From the NCBI GenBank assembly GCA_002104905.1, contig MCFE01000215.1, positions 62,472 to 126,471 of the forward strand: a DNA stretch of 64,000 bases. Direction: 5' to 3'. This DNA is from Basidiobolus meristosporus CBS 931.73. Lineage: Eukaryota > Fungi > Basidiobolomycota. The first letter of the stretch is position 1, and the number at the start of each line of letters is the position of its first letter. Positions 12,882-25,000 of this stretch are shown here, piece after piece. Under the pieces are notes generated by a model. That model was not told the DNA's origin, ran no database searches, and saw nothing but the letters and a program-made list of their open reading frames with translations. The translations under genes and the position numbers were made by a program.

Positions 12882-13786
12882 GACAGATCTGGATCAGGTT
12901 GGTTGCTGGAGGACTGCATCAGCTTGAAGCTGGACTTCTTGTTGGGGCAGGACTTGGCAAAGTGACCTGGTTGGCCACAGTATAGACAGAGGTTGGCTTG
13001 TTGACATCTGGACTTTTCACTCTTTGATAGTTTCCTGTATTTGGCACTATCAATCTGCATAGGATCTTCTGGAGTGACTTGGGGAGCAGGAGGGGCTGGG
13101 ACTGCAACAGGAATGTGTCTTTGACGGTTCTTTTGCTTCTTCTGGAATAGTCTGTTATCACACCGGATTGCTTGGTGCATAGCTTCAACCAATGTATCTG
13201 GATCTGGGAGTGTGAGTAGCAGATCACAAACTTCATCATTGAGGCCATCTTGGAATTGGCTAATCAAGGCTGCTTGACCCCAGGAGCTGAGGTCACTGGA
13301 GAGTTGTCGGAATTCTGAGGCATAGACTGATGCTGGTTTGTTCCCTTGCTTGAGGGTCTTGATCTTGTTGGCAGCAGTTCTGGCTTGGTCAAGGTTACCA
13401 AATGTTAGCTCCATTTCAGTGAGGAAAGCTTGGTAGTCTCTGAGGAGGGGAGAGTTGGTCTCCACTAATGGGGAGAACCACTTGAGAGCTGTACCAGTAA
13501 GCAGGTTGGAGATGAAACCAACTTTGGCCTGGTCAGTGGGGTACCGGTTGGGCTGGAGTGCAAGATTGTTCTTCACCATGTTGATGAAGCCACGGAATTC
13601 ATTCTGAGAGCCATTGAACTTGGTAGCAGGAGTATACTTGGGTTCTTGGTAGACTGGGACATGGCTAGTTTGCTGGACACTTTGGTTCTGGAACTGAGCA
13701 AGAGTGTTTCTGAGGTCTGCATGGTCTTGCTGCAGTTGGGTAAAGGCAGCCATGAGCTGGGCAAAGTTCAGCTCTAGGTTGGACAT
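12854..13786 (-). CDS. Ty3 Gag (310 aa)
   Basis: Retrotransposon gag-like capsid (LKQG...VYASEFR) and CCHC knuckle [14 protein letters not shown]; first ATG at 13786. Confidence 0.92.
   Translation of the reverse strand: MSNLELNFAQLMAAFTQLQQDHADLRNTLAQFQNQSVQQTSHVPVYQEPKYTPATKFNGSQNEFRGFINMVKNNLALQPNRYPTDQAKVGFISNLLTGTALKWFSPLVETNSPLLRDYQAFLTEMELTFGNLDQARTAANKIKTLKQGNKPASVYASEFRQLSSDLSSWGQAALISQFQDGLNDEVCDLLLTLPDPDTLVEAMHQAIRCDNRLFQKKQKNRQRHIPVAVPAPPAPQVTPEDPMQIDSAKYRKLSKSEKSRCQQANLCLYCGQPGHFAKSCPNKKSSFKLMQSSSNQPDPDLSGNSNVQLH
12875..12881 (-). promoter_or_regulatory. -1 ribosomal frameshift heptamer G_GGA_AAC
   Basis: Lies in the gag frame (S-G-N); the -1 frame is open into pol (..LQLDPPM). 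Confidence 0.8.
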
Positions 13787-14180
13787 GGTAGCAGAGGAAG
13801 GCGGATGAACTTGCAAGGAATACTGGAATATACTAAACTAGATTGTGGGTTTGTAAAGCCACTAGTATGTCAAGAATACAACTATTGAGCCACAATCCCC
13901 AACTTAAATAAGTTAGCGTCACTTCAGAAGGTACTGGTTTCAATGTCCTTTGATAGAGTATTGTACTAAAGCTTCCAATACTGTAACAACTGTAAACTCC
14001 ACCAGCAGGGTAATAAAGTGAATGCAGCTTTGACCAATAGTTTTACAAAGATAAAGTATCTTTGCCTTTATAGGACAAGACTAGGGAAAGATGATGGGTG
14101 ATACTTATGGTGAGTATTCCTTTTACAAGTTTTCTTCAAACTTTGGGCAGAAGGCAGGGATCCACAGGTAAGTCAGGGGA

Positions 14181-14190
14181 GTCTGATAAA
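14181..14190 (-). promoter_or_regulatory. Self-priming PBS, complementary to LTR 14308-14317
   Basis: No TGG tRNA PBS. GTCTGATAAA is the exact reverse complement of TTTATCAGAC, which lies 28 nt downstream of the TATATATA box (14345-14352). Confidence 0.75.
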
Positions 14191-14192
14191 AC

Positions 14193-14713
14193 TGTTATGA
14201 ATAGACACAAGGCAGGAGGAAAAGCTAGGCACGGCAGGAAAGGACTTAGGTGTGGACCATCAAGGCAAGGCAGGATTCAAGGCAAGGCTGTTTATTCAAG
14301 ACCTGTGTTTATCAGACTGAGGAATACTTAAGGGGGGATAGGACTATATATACTTTTTGGCTATATTGATGCCGAGAGATGTTAGCTAATACTAATGGGG
14401 TTGTGGGGTGAGGCACAGCAATGGTGCTGGGGATAATGACATAGATGACACGGTACTGAGACAGGATGGGAAAATGGATTGGGTCACCTGATCATGTGAC
14501 TAAGTCATGTGACCTGGTATTTCCATATATGGTACTGGACTATAAAAAATACGATGGAAAGCTTCCATGGAATGTTCCATTGTGTAACAATGGTTTGGAA
14601 TGGTCAGGAACTTTCTGGAAGGTGGTAGAAGGTTCCGGAAGGAATCTCTTAGAAATTGAGCTGGGAAGCTGAAACTTGGCATGGGTGTTCATGGTTGTCA
14701 TGTGATCATGACA
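14193..14713 (-). repeat. 5' LTR of chromovirus
   Basis: Direct repeat of 8812-9332. Confidence 0.95.
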
Positions 14714-17177
14714 TATATAGAGCTAATAGAACTGGATTTGCTCTATCTGGCTTATAGTATATACCATAGTCAGCATTACTCCTTTTGACACTCAAAGATT
14801 TCAAATAAGAATTTTTCTTGCAATTCCAGGCTCTTGGGTATTGCTTAAGACCTTATAGTGACTTTTTTAGCTTTCAGACCAAATAGAGGGTTATCTTGGT
14901 CAACAAAACCATCAGGCTGGTCCATATAGACATGCTAATCAAGCTCTCCATTCAAAAATGCAGCTTTTACATTCATATGATGAATAAAAACTTATATTTG
15001 GCTGCAAATGCCAATATTAGTCTGAAGGAATTAAACCTGGCTTCCAGTGCAAAGGTCTCAGTATAGTCAAGTCCTTTTGTTTGAGAGTATCCTTTGGCCA
15101 CATGTCTTACTTTACATCTTTCAATTGTACCATCAGCCTTGTATTTTGTCTTGAAGACACATCAGCATCCAATTGATTTTTGGCTGCTTAGTGACTTGAC
15201 TAAGTCCCAAGTTTGATTTTCCACCAGGGCCTGATATTCCTCAATCATTGTAGATCTCCAAAACTTTGTCTGAGGGATATTTAGGGTCTCTTTTACAGTC
15301 TGGGGCTCATCAATATGGACTGAATAGGCATAGGCTAAGTTTGTACCCTCATTGATATAGTGATCTGGGCTATTTCTTTTCTGATTAAATCTACAGGCAT
15401 TTGATACTGGAATGATCACTTCTGGGATATTCCTGGGCACTGATTCAGGCTGAACCACAGTTGTAGAGTCCTCTGGAGTGAAAAAATCTTCATTGTTTTG
15501 CTCTGGTTCAATCCCAACAACTGGTGGACTTGAGATCAGATTTTTGTCATCATCTGATGTCATTTTTTGTGAAAATTTTAAATTTTCATCAAACAGCACA
15601 TCACTAGCCTTCATTAGCCTCTTTACTTTGGTATTGTAGAGTCTGTATGCTTTACTCTCATTGCAGTAACCTAAAAATATGCATTTTACATTTTTTGGCT
15701 CGTATTTTGACTGATTGCTGGGCAGTTTCTTGGCATATGCTGTACACCCAAATATTCTGAGATGTTCTGCACTTGATCTGCACCCATACCATGCCTCAAA
15801 TGGAGTAGAATCACAAAGTATTATGATAAAACTCCTACTTTTATGGTATACAGCTGTGGAAATCAATTCCGCTTAAAATCATAGGATAATTTTGATCTTG
15901 GAACATAGATCTTGCTATGGCAATTACTGATCTGTTAGCCAATCCTGCTACTCCATTTGCTGTGGGGAGTATGGTACTGTAGTCTCTTGCTTTATCCCAT
16001 GAGTTTTGCAGCAGTGGTTGAAGAGTTTTGAGGTATATTCTCCACCATTGTCAGAGAGTATTTTCTTGATTTTTTCACTGGTCTCTCTCTCCACCATGGC
16101 TTTAAGTTCCCAGAGGTTGGACAGAACTTCTTCCTTTCTATCCATGAAGTAAACCCATGTGTATCTTGCATAATCATCAATAAAAGTGATGCAATGCTTC
16201 ATCCCACTTAAGGATAAATTTTGCATAACTCCTCACAGATCTGAGTGAACTAGATCTAATTTTTTCTTAGTTTTGATTAATCTAGAGCTCTTGAATGGTT
16301 GTCTGGCTTGTTTCCCATGTATGCAGGCTTCAAAGTGCTCCAAACTAGCTGGGTGATCAATTTTTACTCCAGAAAATAGCTGATCTTGGATCATTTTGGG
16401 CAAATAATCCAAATTGATGTGCCCAAATCTCCTGTACCTAAGTATAGGTGTTTCTTCATTTAAGTTACTTATATTGGCTTCCAGATATGATGGAATATAA
16501 GTCAACCTGTATATATTCTGATCTCTGATACCCAAAGCAATATGGGCTCCATTTTGATCAGTGATCCTTCATCCAGAATTGTCAAAGCTGAAACTAAGTC
16601 CCTCTGCTGTGGCCTTGCTTACAGATAGTAGGTTCTTGCTATTTCTGGTACATACAGTACCTCTTTAGAGGTCAGTGTATGGCTTCCTTCACTGCTTCTA
16701 GGTCTACTAGGATAGTTCATTCTCCCACTGCATCAAGTGTTCTATCATCACCCATGAAAACCTTCTAGATTGGAATTTCTTGATAGTGGGTAAAAAGTTC
16801 TTTTTGGAGTGTAAAGTGTTGAGATGCCCCAGAGTCAGTGTACCACATGTGAGAATCCTTGTTTGTGGTCATACTCAGTGCAGATATGAATAGTCTATCT
16901 TCAGTTGTTGCAGTATTTCCATATTCAGGCTTCTTTTGCTGATTTTCTCTCTTTTTGAGACACCAGTCTGATGTGTGTTCTTTCTTTTGCAGTAGTTGCA
17001 AAACAGGTTGCTATTGTCTTTGTAGGGTCTTGGGTACCTCCTTTGTTGGTTCCCATTGCTTATTGCAGCATTTTCTTCTTCCTGCTTATTGGCACTTGAT
17101 ATTCTTAATTCTTCATCCAGGAGCCTTCCATCCAACTGTCAATGATTCTGGTGATATAGTTGTATCAATTCTCTGAT

Positions 17178-17997
17178 TCATCTTTTCTGCATTTGAGATA
17201 CTTTGGCCTGTGCTTCTTGACAACTCTGTTCCAGCTGCAGGTGTCTACTTGGCTGACCAAGTTCATCTTCTAAGGTTTCTGTAAGCTTTGGTTGTGTGAG
17301 ATCTCCTGGAATCCTTGGTTCACATCCATACACTATGTAAAATGGCAATTGTTGGGTGGTGTTGTGTATTTTTACTCTGCATGCAAAGTGTGCTTGGTCT
17401 ATATACTCATCCCATCTACTGATAGCTCCATTTGCATACTTGGTCAGCATTTTTCCAAATAGCCCATTAAATTGCTCAGTGACTCTATTAGCTCTAGGGT
17501 GATATGCCAAGGTTTTCAAGTGTATGATGTGCTGCATTTCCAGGTAAGCTTGCAATGCCTTTGCTATAAAGTTTGCTCCTCTTTTGGATGGAATCTCTAT
17601 TGGGCACCCAAACTTCATAAGGATCTTATGGTAGATGAAACTTGCAACTTCTTTTCACTGGCTACAGGTACTGCTTTAGCCACTTGCCATTTAGTTGCAT
17701 GGTCAATTGCTACTAGGATCCAACAGTTGCATTTCCTGGTAGTTGGCAGTCTTCCAATAAAGTCAATTCCCCATCTTTCAAATGGTCTTACAGGCTCTAA
17801 GCAAAAGAGGTCAGCAGTTCTCTGTGGTTGACCTTGGTTGATTTGGCCATTGGGCATGTTTTCACTAGCTTCTCAATGTCTTGTTTCATTCTGGGCCACC
17901 ATGCTCTGGTTTTCTCAAGGCTAGAGGTTCTTTCAGTTTCAAGATGTGCATATCCATTGTGAAGCTTATAGACTTGATCTGTTGGATAGTGCCACAT
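17178..17997 (-). pseudogene. Degenerate Ty3 integrase fragment
   Basis: WWPRM..DI..LVKTC, ERWGIDFIG, VAIDHATKW, TLAYHP motifs spread over three frames. Confidence 0.8.
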
Positions 17998-18154
17998 AGT
18001 GCCAGCCTGTTAATAGTGCCAGATTGATCTGCACCCTACAGCACTATCTGGCACTATAACTTCTACCATGATGCCAGTGGTATGATACAATTACTGGTAA
18101 TTTTACTCAATCTTACTTATGTTGCTCCAAATAGTGCTTTCCTTGCTTTATTTA

Positions 18155-18940
18155 CTATTCATAATGCTCCAGACACATTTCTCTCAGTGGATGTCTTCTT
18201 GTATGAGCATACTGTGCATTAATAGATATCTTAACTATTTTACCTATTCTGCTGTTTTCTCCTATATATGACTTTCCTTTGTATTTACCTGCCAGTATGC
18301 TGAATCTCTTCAGATATTCAAGTATGTGCTCTACCCTCACTCTGAAATGATTAAATATCTCATTGTAGAGCTTCTGCTTCCTGCTGAGCACACCATTCCT
18401 TGGCTTCCTATCAGCTGTAATACAACCTAATCTGTGACAATCCTCTCCTATATAGGCTAAGTCTGCCATACATTTCTCTCCTCTACTGAATTCAGGATGA
18501 TTCTCTACCCAGAGTGCTTTGTCATGCCTACTTCCAGCAAATGGCCCACTAAACCAGATGATGCTACCCTCAATGTCAGACAGTGCATGAAACTTCACAC
18601 AGTGTGCCTTGTGCTTGCCAGAATAAAAGTGCCCCTGTCCTCTAGAAGGTCTGTTAATCCTCACTGGGAAGGTATCCAAAATACTCCGGATATGGGACCT
18701 GTTGCTAAACACTCAGGGATATGGAAGTCTACTGGAGCTTCTGAACCTAGTATTCCAAGCTTGCTCTAAGTCTTTCATACACTCAGCAAGGTGGTTCTCC
18801 ATTGCTGTCAGCTGGGATTGAAAGCTTCTAGGACTTTTGTTGCCATGGATGTTGGGATGAAAGCTTGTAGGGCAATAGTTCTAGTAATAGCAGAAAAGCT
18901 TAACAAGGGATCTCCTTGAGTAGATTGAGGTAGATGGTCC
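18155..18940 (-). pseudogene. DDE_Tnp_4-type (PIF/Harbinger or ISL2EU-like) transposase, 5' part disrupted
   Basis: LDTFPVRINRP, FYSGKHKAHCVK, GSRHD, ADLAYIG, QKLYN...RVRVEH..LKRF motifs in ORF 18155-18712; the upstream extent is approximate. Confidence 0.75.
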
Positions 18941-19298
18941 ATAGTACTTGGAATAGATCCCCTCTAGTGTGTCAAAAGGAAATCCAGTGGTAGTGATGGG
19001 ATTGATGAGAAAAGACCATTCAGATGAGCAAGTCATATTCAAATTGGTGGATGATTGTATGGAGGTGGATTAAATTGATTTGGTGCAATCTGCATTATTT
19101 ATCTGACTTTTAATGCATTATGATTAAATCTCCATCAATTGCCATGTATCCCATCATTATGTTGCAAAAATTATCTGCAAACAATGCCTTGGTACTTTTA
19201 TTAATGCTTTACTCCTAGGTCTATAATCAAATAGGAAATCTGCAACTGATGTGATCTGGTCCGTGTCAACATGATCTGAGATGCATCATGCATAATAT

Positions 19299-20641
19299 AT
19301 GGAAAATTCAACAATCACATTAGTTTTCATATTTATTTCATATAAGACCAGGTTTATGCCAATATACTGCTGTATAAGTATCCAAATCTGTTGCTATGGT
19401 CCCCATACCAAGTCTCAACTCATCTTTAGTACAACCCAGACAAAACCCATCCCCAGCTCACAAGCGCGGTCCAGACCAGAAAAGTCAATGTTGGATCTGT
19501 TCAAGTTCTTGCCAAATGATTTTAGTATAGCCCAGGTGTCTATGATGAGCCTTCATACAAATATTTGGGCACTACTGATTAATCTAGCAGATCTAGATAC
19601 CCCAGTGAGTCAACAAAGATGGAAGAATTTGAGTAGAAAGCTGTGGCATGAGTTTTACATCAAGATGCAAGCCAATGTATGCAAGAAGATATATAACAAG
19701 ACAAGTATTGAAATCAAGAATGAGCTCAGAGTGAAGGAATTTGATGAAGAAGCCGCATGGGAACAATTTTGTGTGCAATTTGCACAGTACAGGCTGGACG
19801 TGTCTGTTTGTGCCTCAACTTTGGGAACCAAAGAGATTTTGAATGAGTTTTTGCCTCATATGACTAATGTACGACATGATATATTAGTAGAGCTAAGTGG
19901 CTTCCAAGAGCAATATACACAGGTCTCATCCAGGCAACAGCTCCAAAGTATCAAACACAGGGTAAGTGAATACCTTGAGGAATCAGATGGTGAGCCTCAG
20001 GAGGAAGAATACAGACCGCAAGCAACATTGTCCAGATTGTGCCAGCATGCCTTGCTGGATTCCTTACCATCTCTTGCAATACAGCGTGCCAGCGTATGTC
20101 AGTCCAGACTACACCAACACCCTTTACCAGAACAACCCGCATTGAGTCAATGCGCGTTGGGTCAATGCATGTGCTTCAGAGCAAAACTACCAGAACTTGC
20201 CAAACTGCTCATTTAGACACAAGTTCATTGGAGCAGACCAAGTTGCATCAACATGCAGCATCACATTGAACTCAGCCAAGGGCCATCTCAATGTGTCAAG
20301 TTGCGCCTGCACATGCTGTTTTGTCTGACCATCAGCAAGTTACTTTTGGTGAACTGACTGATGATGACCAACATGAAGTGCCTCAATCACCAGAGCCCTT
20401 GGCAAGTAAAAGAACGTGTCAGCGCGTGGCACTCCAGGCTGGCTCAGTTGGTTCAGTTGGAGCAATTCAGCACGGCCAAGCTGCAGCATTGCACTCATCA
20501 ACTAGGAGGCAAAATACTGACTACAAATACACAAGTAGCCAAGATGATAGTCAGCCAGGAAGTAGTATAGGTGTGCAAAGCGAGTCACTACCAAATGCTT
20601 CAGTAGTAATCCCTGTGAGAAAAAAACCCAGGAGAAGATGA
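19299..20641 (+). CDS. Unknown protein (ORFs 19299-20216 and 20291-20641), possible transposon partner gene
   Basis: 305-aa open frame with QRWKNL (MADF/Myb-like flavour); the second ORF ends in the basic RKKPRRR. Gene structure uncertain. Confidence 0.35.
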
Positions 20642-20888
20642 TGCAATTGCTTTGAATTGCTATTATTTGTAATGATCCCTACAACCCATTTTTTTTGCAA
20701 TCTGAATTAAGCCATTGCAAATCAGTGATCATCGAATTTTTGATATAAGTAATATCAAGGTTGTCTCACATTTGAGACAGAACCCCTATAAATAAACACC
20801 CTGCATATATATACATCATCTGTAATACCAGTGCAGCTATTGGATCTGTTTTGCACCTACCCAATTGCTTGCGTGCTAGCTATGACGC

Positions 20889-21966
20889 TGTGGTGGTGTA
20901 TAAGTCCAAAGGGCAAAATACGGCCAACACTTCTCAAGTGTGAATGTGTGTGGGGTGTTCACTGGGTGCGATAACCTCTGGCAAAAGCTTGCTAGGAATA
21001 CTGGGTCTTTTATCTAATCTAATGTGATGGGGGATAAAGCCTCAAGCTTGTCAAGGGAAAACTATTGAACTACAATCCCCAACTTAGTTGGCGTCTTAAC
21101 AAAAGTTTATAATGGCTTCGACGTCCTTTGAGATGACAATGTACTAAAGCTTCCAAAGTCAAAACAACTGTAAACTCCACCAACAGGGACTTGATAAGAA
21201 TGCAGCTTTGACCAATAGTTACAAAGACTGAAAAGTATCTTTGCCTGTACAAGAACAAACTTGGGAAAACAAACAATATAATAAAATATACCTACTCTGA
21301 GTATTCCTCACAAGTAGTGCCTCCAAGGTCAGTTGGCTGTCAGCGCGGTTTCCTGGGAGTATCGTCAGGTCTGAGTCAGAAAATAGTGGTAATAGGTAGC
21401 GGTGATCTCACTAATCAATAAGTTGGAATATTGGAAGAGGGATGATTTATTTTAAGGGATAGCCTCCCTTATATACTTTTTTGCTGCTCAATTTCTTGCT
21501 AGAAAATACTTTCCGGAAGTTTCCAGAAGGTAGTAGACAACCAATCATGTCTTTGTGTACTAAAAATAGCGCAAATTCTTGGCGGATTGTTCCATGAGAC
21601 ATAGTAGTACCTAGCCAATCAGGTATTGGTAACATGAAACCTCTGTGTCATGTGGTTGCCTCTTATGGTAGTGAGATGGGGGATTATGAAACCAGGATGG
21701 TCACGTGACATGGGCACTGTTGGGGTACTTGCCTTATAAGGTAACTATCTTATCTTGGCATCTCGGCAAGGAATAAGAATAGCTTGTGCAATGGGTTAAT
21801 AGGGACAAATAGTTTGTCAGGTTGCATAGTAATAATCACATAGACAAAAATAGGAAATATTGCAAATTTGGGATGATAATAATATGGGCGGGGTAATCCT
21901 TTTTAGGGAAGTGAATGCATAAGAATGAGCACATCTGCCTGTGGGTGTCACTGTGACCCCACTACA
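20889..21966 (-). repeat. 3' LTR, Ty3 family 2
   Basis: Direct repeat of 26998-28074. Confidence 0.93.
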
Positions 21967-22005
21967 TCCACCCCCCTCTCAGCTTTGAACTCAGGTCAAA
22001 GCAAA

Positions 22006-25000
22006 CTAAATGTGATGTGCGAAATTCCGGTGCTTGAATAGCTTAAGTCGGTTTCCTGCCACAGGTGCTCTTAGCGGTGTTCCATCAAGTTCAGACAGGT
22101 AGTAGCTTCCATTTCCAATCACCTTAGAGACAATATATGGGCCAGACCACTTATTGTCAAATTTGCGACTCCACTGCTTGTCTAAAGTGGAATCATAGAG
22201 CAGTACTGGATCTCCTTGCAGTAATGGCTTTGGTCTAAGGCTATGTGACTTGTCAAATGGTTCCTTGTTCTGAAGTCTTGTCTCTTTGAGTTTACAGCTG
22301 CTTGGGTAATATCAAGTTCATGGTGATCAAGCTGTTTGATGCGTGTAGTCAGTAGTTCTTCTGTACTCATTGTAGTTCTCCACTCTAGCATGTTCCAGGA
22401 TATTGAGTCAAGCTCTATGGGAAGAACGCAATCATGTCCGTAAAGCAATTTGAATGGAGATAGACCTGTGCTGCGCTTTGTAGTGATTCTATCTGCCCAG
22501 AGTGCTAGATGAAGTTGTGTAGGCCACTGTAGTGTCATGTTGTTGCAGCTCTTGACCAGGGAGTTAACTAACGGGCCATGGCCTCTTTCAACCATTCCAT
22601 TGGCCTGTGGGTGATAAGCGGTAGTGAAAGCAATATGAATCTTGTATTGTGAGCAGAGTTCCTGGATCAAATTTGAAGTCATTTCTCCTCGGTCAGCAAC
22701 AAACTGGCTGATGCAGCCAAATCTGCATATTATATCTTCAAGAATAAATCTCCATATGGTGTGGCTTTTGTTATTGGGTAGGGCTCGAGCTTCTACCCAC
22801 CCACTCAGATCATCTCTGGCAACAACAAGGTACTTCTTGGTTCCAGCAGTTGGCATGTGGACCAGGTCAATGCCAACCTTCTGCCATAGACAAGGTGTGT
22901 AGGTTGGATGGAGCGGCTCCTCATATCTCTTGGTTGACCTTCTTTGGCAAATGTCACAAGATTCAACAAAGTGTTGGACATCATGATACATATGCTCCCA
23001 GTAGTATCTACTGGAAACAACATTGTAAGTGGCATCTCTGCCTCTATGACCACCGGGTCTTCCTTCATGAAGGCTTGACATAATAGTCAGTTGTTCTTGG
23101 GGCTCAACTATAACTCTTCTTGGTGTCTGTCCAGGCTTTACTCGTTTGAAGAGGAGGCCATCTTTTATGTAGAAATGATGGGCCTTCTTCCTGAGCTTTC
23201 TGAAATCATGTGGGCTCATTCCTGGTGGCTTCTCTAAGGTTCTCAGATAGTCTTGAATGGTGTTCCACGTAGAGTTGCTGGGCTTCTTCACGTGTAGTTG
23301 CCGGATTTCTGCATCAATTATGTCATCAAAGTCAGGGTCCATATCTTCAGACAACTGTGGTCCCTTCCTGGAGAGTGCATCAGCCACAACATTTGTCTTG
23401 CCAGGGATATGTCTGACCTCAAAGTCAAACATTTTCAGCCATGCCATCCACCGATTTGTGGCATCATCAGGTAGATCAGGTTTGTTGATCATTCCTATAA
23501 GTGGCTTAGCATCTGTCTCCAGGATGAAATGTGTCATGTAGAGTTGTGACTTCAGCTTTCTCAGCATCTTCACAACTCCTAGTAGCTCTCTCTTAATCTG
23601 TGAGTATCTTTGTTCTCTAGGAGAGAAGAGGCAGCTCTCATATCTGCAGGCATAGCGGTTACCATCTTCATCATCTTGGCCAAGTAGTGCTCCAGCTCCT
23701 ACAGGGCTTGCATCCACCGTCAAGATAGGTGGGCATTCAGTGTTCTGATAGTCAAGAGGTCTCAGAACTGGTGGAGATATTAAGGCCTCTTTTAGTAATT
23801 GCATGGCTTCTTCTTGCTCTTCTCCCCAGTTAAATGGGGCATTCTTTCTCTGTAGTCGGTAGATTGGTTCTGCTATCTCAGAAAATCTTGGGATCCAGAT
23901 CCTAAAGAACCCACAAGCTGCCACAAAGCCACGAGCTTGTGTTAGATTTGTGGGGGTAGGCCAGTTGCATATCTTTTGTGTCTTGGAGTCTCCGGGTGAA
24001 CGGCCAAAGGTGTTGCATTTTTGTCCAACAATGGATATCTCTGATACACCAAAGCTGCTTTTCTCACCACTGATGGTGAGTCCAGCTTCTTCAATGGCTC
24101 CTAATATGGCATCATTGTCTGAAATATGGTCATAGACAAACTTTCTTACTCCAGGCATAACTTCAGTTGTGTCCCGGAGTTTTGGTCCTTTGATGCCTAT
24201 GTCATCAACAAAGACAGCAAGTTTCTCAGGTATAAACCGGTAGAGCACATTTACCATGCACCTCTGGAACTGAGCCACGGAGTTTGTTGCCCCTTGGCTA
24301 AGTCTTGTCATTCTTAACAGTCCAAATGGTGTCTGGAGTGCAAACATATCTCTTGATGTCTCATCTAGGGGAATCTGGTCGTATCCTGAGTAGAGATCAT
24401 ATGTTGAGTAGATGGAGTGACCACTAAAGCTTTCTGCAAAGTCATCAATAGACGGAGGTATTGCGGCATCTCTGATAGTGACGGCATTTGCAGGTTGCAT
24501 GTCTTGAATGAATCGGAGCTTCCCATTCTTCTTTTTGGTCACAAACCATCTGTTAGCATAAGGTCCATGGCAAGGTTCTAGGATACCAGCTTCAATCTTC
24601 TTCTTAAGTAGGTCATGCACATCAGCTTGGAGTCCTCTAGGCAGTGGGTAAGGTTTAAATGACCAGGGTGTGTGGGGCACTGTATGAATTTTGATAGGTT
24701 TTTCAACTGATGTCTTTAAGAGTCCCATCTCCTTGTCATTATATGAGAAAACCTTATCATGCCTTTTCAGGGTTTCTTCAAATAGTAAGATCTCCTCCGG
24801 TGTTAGGTTTCCATCACCAATGATAAGTTGCTTAAGTCTCTCAGGTGTAAGTCGTATATCTTCTGGTGTTCCTTCTGGTGGTCTGATGTAATCAGCAGGT
24901 CGAGACCCATCAGTTAAAGGCGTAAGTGATGGTCTAATCTTCTGTTCCACTGTCTTGTATTTTGTGCGAACCATAGCTGTCTGCTCCTGTATACCTAATG

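Larger units (their letters stand above)
8812..14713 (-). mobile_element. Young full-length Ty3/gypsy chromovirus (Tf1/sushi-like)
   Basis: Two 521-bp TG...CA LTRs with no difference seen; TSD TATAT; intact gag and pol; PPT GGAAGAGGAGAATAG overlaps the pol stop. Confidence 0.97.
8703..17135 (-). mobile_element. Degenerate copia element C (8703-8811 and 14719-17135), split by the chromovirus
   Basis: Sequence on either side of the TATAT TSD joins to copia RT (ATAAGAT..CCA.ATATAGAGCTAATAG). Broken ORFs at 15162-17135 match integrase and gag. Confidence 0.85.
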
